A stretch of 63,226 nucleotides of DNA, counting the filler. It is 6 parts of 6 records of this genome, joined end to end, with 100 filler letters (N's around TTAATTAATTAA, not from the genome) between each part and the next. Parts side by side here need not be neighbours in the genome. Positions count along the whole stretch, not along the records: positions 57,158 to 63,226 come from SRR31156797_1832; 5 more parts are not named here. One strand, given 5' to 3'. How positions within the stretch are numbered: the stretch's first letter is position 1; each line of letters opens with the position of its first letter. The translations under genes and the position numbers were made by a program. The notes under the pieces were generated by a model. That model was not told the DNA's origin. It ran no database searches and was given only the letters and a program-made list of their open reading frames with translations. Shown piece after piece: positions 59,437 through 63,226 of the stretch.

Positions 59437-60396
59437 TTAATCCAGCTGTACCAGAGAACCGTTCTTCATGGAGGTTCCGAGGATAACGAAGACCACCAGC
59501 AATCCTTCGACCAGCTTGATCCAGTAGGAAGACACACCCATCAGACCAAGGCCGTTGGCCAGGAATCCCACATAGGCCGCCCCCAGGAAGGCTCCGAAAA
59601 CATTGATCACGCCCTTTCGAGAAAGAGCCATACCGAAGAAGACAGCCAGGATAACCTCAAGCTGGTTGATATAGGCAGCCTCCGGGGGATAGCCCGACAG
59701 CTGAGACACATAAGTAAAGGAGCTGATCCAGCACAGAACGCCGGCCATGGCATAGGCGACGATGCTGTAGAACTCCACATTGATCCCCACCTTTTTAGCG
59801 GCCTGCTTGTTACCGCCAGTAGCATAGAGATAGGTTCCCAGTGTCGTCTGGGACATTATCAGTGTCATGACTACACAGGTCAGAATCGTTATCCAGACAA
59901 TGATGGGAAATCCCAGCATGCTGCTGAATCTTACATAGTTAAAGAACTCGATCTTCGGGGAGATGTAGTCTCCCTTGCTGACAGCCTTTTCCAGTCCCAG
60001 GTAGATCAGCATGGTGGCGATGGTACAGAGCCAGGGATGGATCTTGAAACGGACGATAAGAAAGCCGTTCACCGCCTCCATAAGAATAGCCAGTATCAGG
60101 GTCAGAAAGAGAACCAGCAGGGGATTGAGCCCCCTGTTTACAAGATCGATGTTCAGAGCGCTGACCACGCCAATGACTCCGACGAAGGAGAGGTCGAAAT
60201 ACCCGGCCAACATCACGGTGGCCAGCGCCAGAGCGGGGATAGCCACAAAGGTCACCAGTTCCAGAATGTTCTTCATATTGTAGAAACTCAGGAAAGACAT
60301 CCCGAATATGCTGAAGACAACAAAACAGATCAGGAATAATCCCAGGGGAAGGATCTGATTCATCCCCAGAGATATTCTACGGTTTATCTTAATCAT
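59437..60396 (-). CDS. Sugar ABC transporter permease (RbsC-like)
   Basis: YFDLS, LGTYLYATGGNKQAAKKVGI, NGLGLMGV. Confidence 0.9.
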   Translation of the reverse strand: MIKINRRISLGMNQILPLGLFLICFVVFSIFGMSFLSFYNMKNILELVTFVAIPALALATVMLAGYFDLSFVGVIGVVSALNIDLVNRGLNPLLVLFLTLILAILMEAVNGFLIVRFKIHPWLCTIATMLIYLGLEKAVSKGDYISPKIEFFNYVRFSSMLGFPIIVWITILTCVVMTLIMSQTTLGTYLYATGGNKQAAKKVGINVEFYSIVAYAMAGVLCWISSFTYVSQLSGYPPEAAYINQLEVILAVFFGMALSRKGVINVFGAFLGAAYVGFLANGLGLMGVSSYWIKLVEGLLVVFVILGTSMKNGSLVQLD

Positions 60397-61897
60397 CGCT
60401 TACTCCAATCGCATGGCTTAATAGCTCTTTCTCATCAAACTCATGGGAGTGGAATTCTTTTACGATCTCACCTTCTCTCATGACCAGAACGCGATCGCAG
60501 AGGACCTCGATCTCCTCGAATTCAGGAGTGATCAGAATAATGGAAACTCCTTTCCCGGTTAGTTTATCCAGAATCCTGTACACCTCACTCTTGGCCTTGA
60601 TGTCTATACCGATAGTGGGATAGTCGAGGATAAGGATACGGGGGGATGTGGCGATCCAACGTCCCAGTACGACCTTCTGCTGGTTTCCACCGCTCAAAGT
60701 GCTGACCCGCGTAAAAATACCGGGAGCCTTGATGGAAAGATCCTTAAGCTGCTTTAACGCTATGGCTTCTTCCTCTCCATTGTTGATAAAGCCCCGTCGG
60801 GAGACCTTGCTCAATATGGGCAGGGAGGTATTCTCTTTAATATCGAAATCGATAACGACGCCTTCCTCTTTCCTGTTACGGGGGATATAGCCGACGCCGG
60901 CGTTGATGGCGGCCCTGGGATCAGCCGGTACGCAGGGAGTCCCGAGGATCTCCATAGTTCCTCTGTCCAGCGTATGCATTCCGTAGATAGTCTGCGCCAG
61001 CTTCTGCTGTCCCGCTCCTTCACCACCGAAGATGCCCAGGATTTCACCCCTTTTCAGTTCAAAACTGACATCCTTGATATAACTGTTACTGCATCCTGAA
61101 ACCTGCAGAGCAGTCTCAGTGAATTGTCCTTTTTTATGTTCTCTGTCACGGCTTATCTCAACGCCGTCTTCACCGGCCATGATGCCGATTATCTCGCTCT
61201 GAGTCGTTTCACTGATGTTCTTGTCTGTAATCTTGCGGCCGTCCCTGAAAACGGTGATAGAATCAGCCAGTTCGAAAATCTCATCAAATCGATGACTTAT
61301 ATAAACTATGGAAACTCCTTTTGATTTCAGGTCTCTGATGATGGAGAAAAGATTGTCAATTTCTTTAGCCGAAAGGGCCGCGGTAGGTTCATCAAAAATC
61401 AGGACCTTTGGCCGTTTAACCAGATTCTTGGCGATCTGCACGATCTGCCGCTGTGATACGTTTAAATCCCTGACAAGGGCCTTCGGATTGATGTCGGACC
61501 GAAGCTCCTCTCTCAGAATGGACTCCGCTTTTTTATTAAGAGCCTTTTTATCGATGACGAGACCGCTGAGTTTCCGGGGCTCGTTATTCAGCATGATGGA
61601 TTCTCCGACCGTGAAATAGGGGATCAGATCATTTTCCTGATAGATCGCTTCCACACCGGCGTGACTCATCTTCTCGGGGGAATGGTGAGAGACATCCCTG
61701 CCCTCCAGTAAGACCTGCCCCTCTTCCTGTTGGTAAATACCGGTGATGGATTTGATAAGGGTGGATTTACCAGCGCCGTTTTTTCCGACAAGGGTTCGAA
61801 TTTCTCCCTTGTTCAGATGAAAGTGCACCCCGTCCAGTGCCAGTACGCCTGGAAATCGTTTGGTTAATGCTTTTACTTCGAGTACTGTTTCAGCCAT
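60389..61897 (-). CDS. Sugar ABC transporter ATP-binding protein (RbsA-like, two NBDs)
   Basis: FPGVLAL, GKNGAGKST, DEPTAAL, YISH, LSGGNQQKV. Confidence 0.95.
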   Translation of the reverse strand: MAETVLEVKALTKRFPGVLALDGVHFHLNKGEIRTLVGKNGAGKSTLIKSITGIYQQEEGQVLLEGRDVSHHSPEKMSHAGVEAIYQENDLIPYFTVGESIMLNNEPRKLSGLVIDKKALNKKAESILREELRSDINPKALVRDLNVSQRQIVQIAKNLVKRPKVLIFDEPTAALSAKEIDNLFSIIRDLKSKGVSIVYISHRFDEIFELADSITVFRDGRKITDKNISETTQSEIIGIMAGEDGVEISRDREHKKGQFTETALQVSGCSNSYIKDVSFELKRGEILGIFGGEGAGQQKLAQTIYGMHTLDRGTMEILGTPCVPADPRAAINAGVGYIPRNRKEEGVVIDFDIKENTSLPILSKVSRRGFINNGEEEAIALKQLKDLSIKAPGIFTRVSTLSGGNQQKVVLGRWIATSPRILILDYPTIGIDIKAKSEVYRILDKLTGKGVSIILITPEFEEIEVLCDRVLVMREGEIVKEFHSHEFDEKELLSHAIGVSDD

Positions 61898-61961
61898 TTT
61901 TTTTCCTATGAACTTTTAGTCGAGAGAAGAAGTGGCGACGCATCCGCCGCCTCTCAAAGAC

Positions 61962-62963
61962 TTATTGATACTGGGGAAGTGTATTGAGTACGTCTTTGAC
62001 GTTATCTCTGGTTACGAGAACATGATCCACAAAAACTTCACGATCTACGCTCTCACCCTTGGCAACCTTCCAAGCGACCTCGGCCAGGCGCTCACCGATC
62101 ATATAGGGCTGCTGGGCGACTGTAGCTCCGTAAGCGGAACCGTCATCGCTGAGCATCTTCATGGCAGTGGGATCTCCGTCGAAACCATAGGTTTTGATAT
62201 TGTCCTGCATGCCCTTGTCCGCGATAGCCTGAGCGGCACCGATCATGGGCATATCGAAAACAGTCCAGAAGGCGTCGATATCGGGATTGGCTGTAAGCAT
62301 ATCCTTGGTTTTTTCATAGGCATCGGGTGTTACATTGGGGAATTTCCATGCTTCCTGCGCCACTACATTGACATCGGGATACTTGCTGAGAACATCGGTG
62401 AACACCTCATAGCGCAGTTCGGCGACGGGAATACCGGGGGTATAGAAGATCCCTACGTCTCCATTCTGATCAAGGTCGGCAACCATCTGCTCGACAAGCT
62501 CGGCCATGGCGGTTCTGTTATTGGTAGAGACGTTACACATGGTATAGGGATTGTCAAAGTCCGCAGAGACAACGGGAATACCTGCGTCCCTCGCTTCCTT
62601 CAGTACAGGACTGAGGCTCTCGACATCACCCAGAATTACGGCGATAACATCAACCTTGCTGGCGATAAGGCTTTTTAGATCGGCTATCTGTTTTTCAGGC
62701 CTTCTTTCTCCGTCAAAGGCCAGAACCTTCATACCCAGAGTCTTCGCCATTTCCTGTGAGCCGTTATAAGCGTTGATATCCCAGTTGTGCTCCGCTCCGA
62801 TAACGGAAATACCGATTACGAGCTCTTCCGTCGCAGTCTTTTTCTCAGGTGCGGCAGCCTTTGGGGCTCCGCCTGCCTCTTTTTTTACTGAACAGCTGAA
62901 TGCGAGAAACACAATCCCGATCATGGCGATCAGCCTGATTCCACTTTTAACTTTATGACTCAT
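61962..62963 (-). CDS. Sugar ABC transporter substrate-binding lipoprotein
   Basis: Lipobox-like AFSC, AGIPVVSAD, YGFDG, TVAQQPYMIG; GAGGAGG RBS. Confidence 0.92.
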   Translation of the reverse strand: MSHKVKSGIRLIAMIGIVFLAFSCSVKKEAGGAPKAAAPEKKTATEELVIGISVIGAEHNWDINAYNGSQEMAKTLGMKVLAFDGERRPEKQIADLKSLIASKVDVIAVILGDVESLSPVLKEARDAGIPVVSADFDNPYTMCNVSTNNRTAMAELVEQMVADLDQNGDVGIFYTPGIPVAELRYEVFTDVLSKYPDVNVVAQEAWKFPNVTPDAYEKTKDMLTANPDIDAFWTVFDMPMIGAAQAIADKGMQDNIKTYGFDGDPTAMKMLSDDGSAYGATVAQQPYMIGERLAEVAWKVAKGESVDREVFVDHVLVTRDNVKDVLNTLPQYQ

Positions 62964-63226
62964 AAAGTCCTCCTCAATGATTTATTACATTTTTTCACAC
63001 CTATGCACATATGTCAACTTTTATTTATATTATTTCGCATTGCCGCACATTTGTTCGCATAAAATCAAGAGTATCTCCCCTCCATAAAAAAAAGATCAAG
63101 AACCATAAGGAAGTCGTTTAATTATAAGGTGACAGCCGGAAATTCACCGGCTCCAATCCGATTTATTAAATTTCACATTATTAATATTGACAAAATAAAT
63201 CATTTATATAATCATACGTCACGTTC

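Noticed and set aside
63187-63212. TTGACA...TATAAT sigma70 promoter at the window end
   Set aside because: The spacer is only 14 bp and the downstream gene is not visible.

Overview
The window is not one replicon. It is six unrelated contigs joined by artificial 100-nt spacers (N44-TTAATTAATTAA-N44). Taxonomic labels below are my inference from gene content and style. (1) 1-18360, Desulfovibrionaceae-like: housekeeping genes (ClC, ribF, M48 protease, rho, carD, pth, rplY, prs, tRNA-Gln, ispE, degQ, nagB), then a PhnR-like GntR regulator divergent from an AapJQMP-type ABC transporter. (2) 18461-28769, high-GC and alphaproteobacterial-like: a Crp regulator, an unannotated 31-aa ORF, DeoR, TAXI-TRAP and an amino-sugar cluster. 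(3) 28870-42444, spirochaete-like: ygfK, two molybdenum hydroxylase modules and an ankyrin membrane protein. (4) 42545-49305, spirochaete-like: includes a lipoprotein plus radical SAM/SPASM pair. (5) 49406-57057, Desulfobulbales-like: VanZ, glrK-qseG-glrR-like, mutM, PPTase, cvpA. (6) 57158-63226: a sugar ABC transporter and FGGY kinase. The most striking signal is in contig 5, where a fixed 17-mer (CGGAGTCTACGCTTACC) occurs seven times in 7.65 kb. It is always intergenic, once in tandem, and sits inside three different families of palindromic MITE/REP-like elements; in the two long palindromes it breaks arm symmetry as an extra insert. The second is a lipoprotein whose lipobox Cys is directly followed by Tyr-Gly, next to a splicease-like rSAM/SPASM enzyme.
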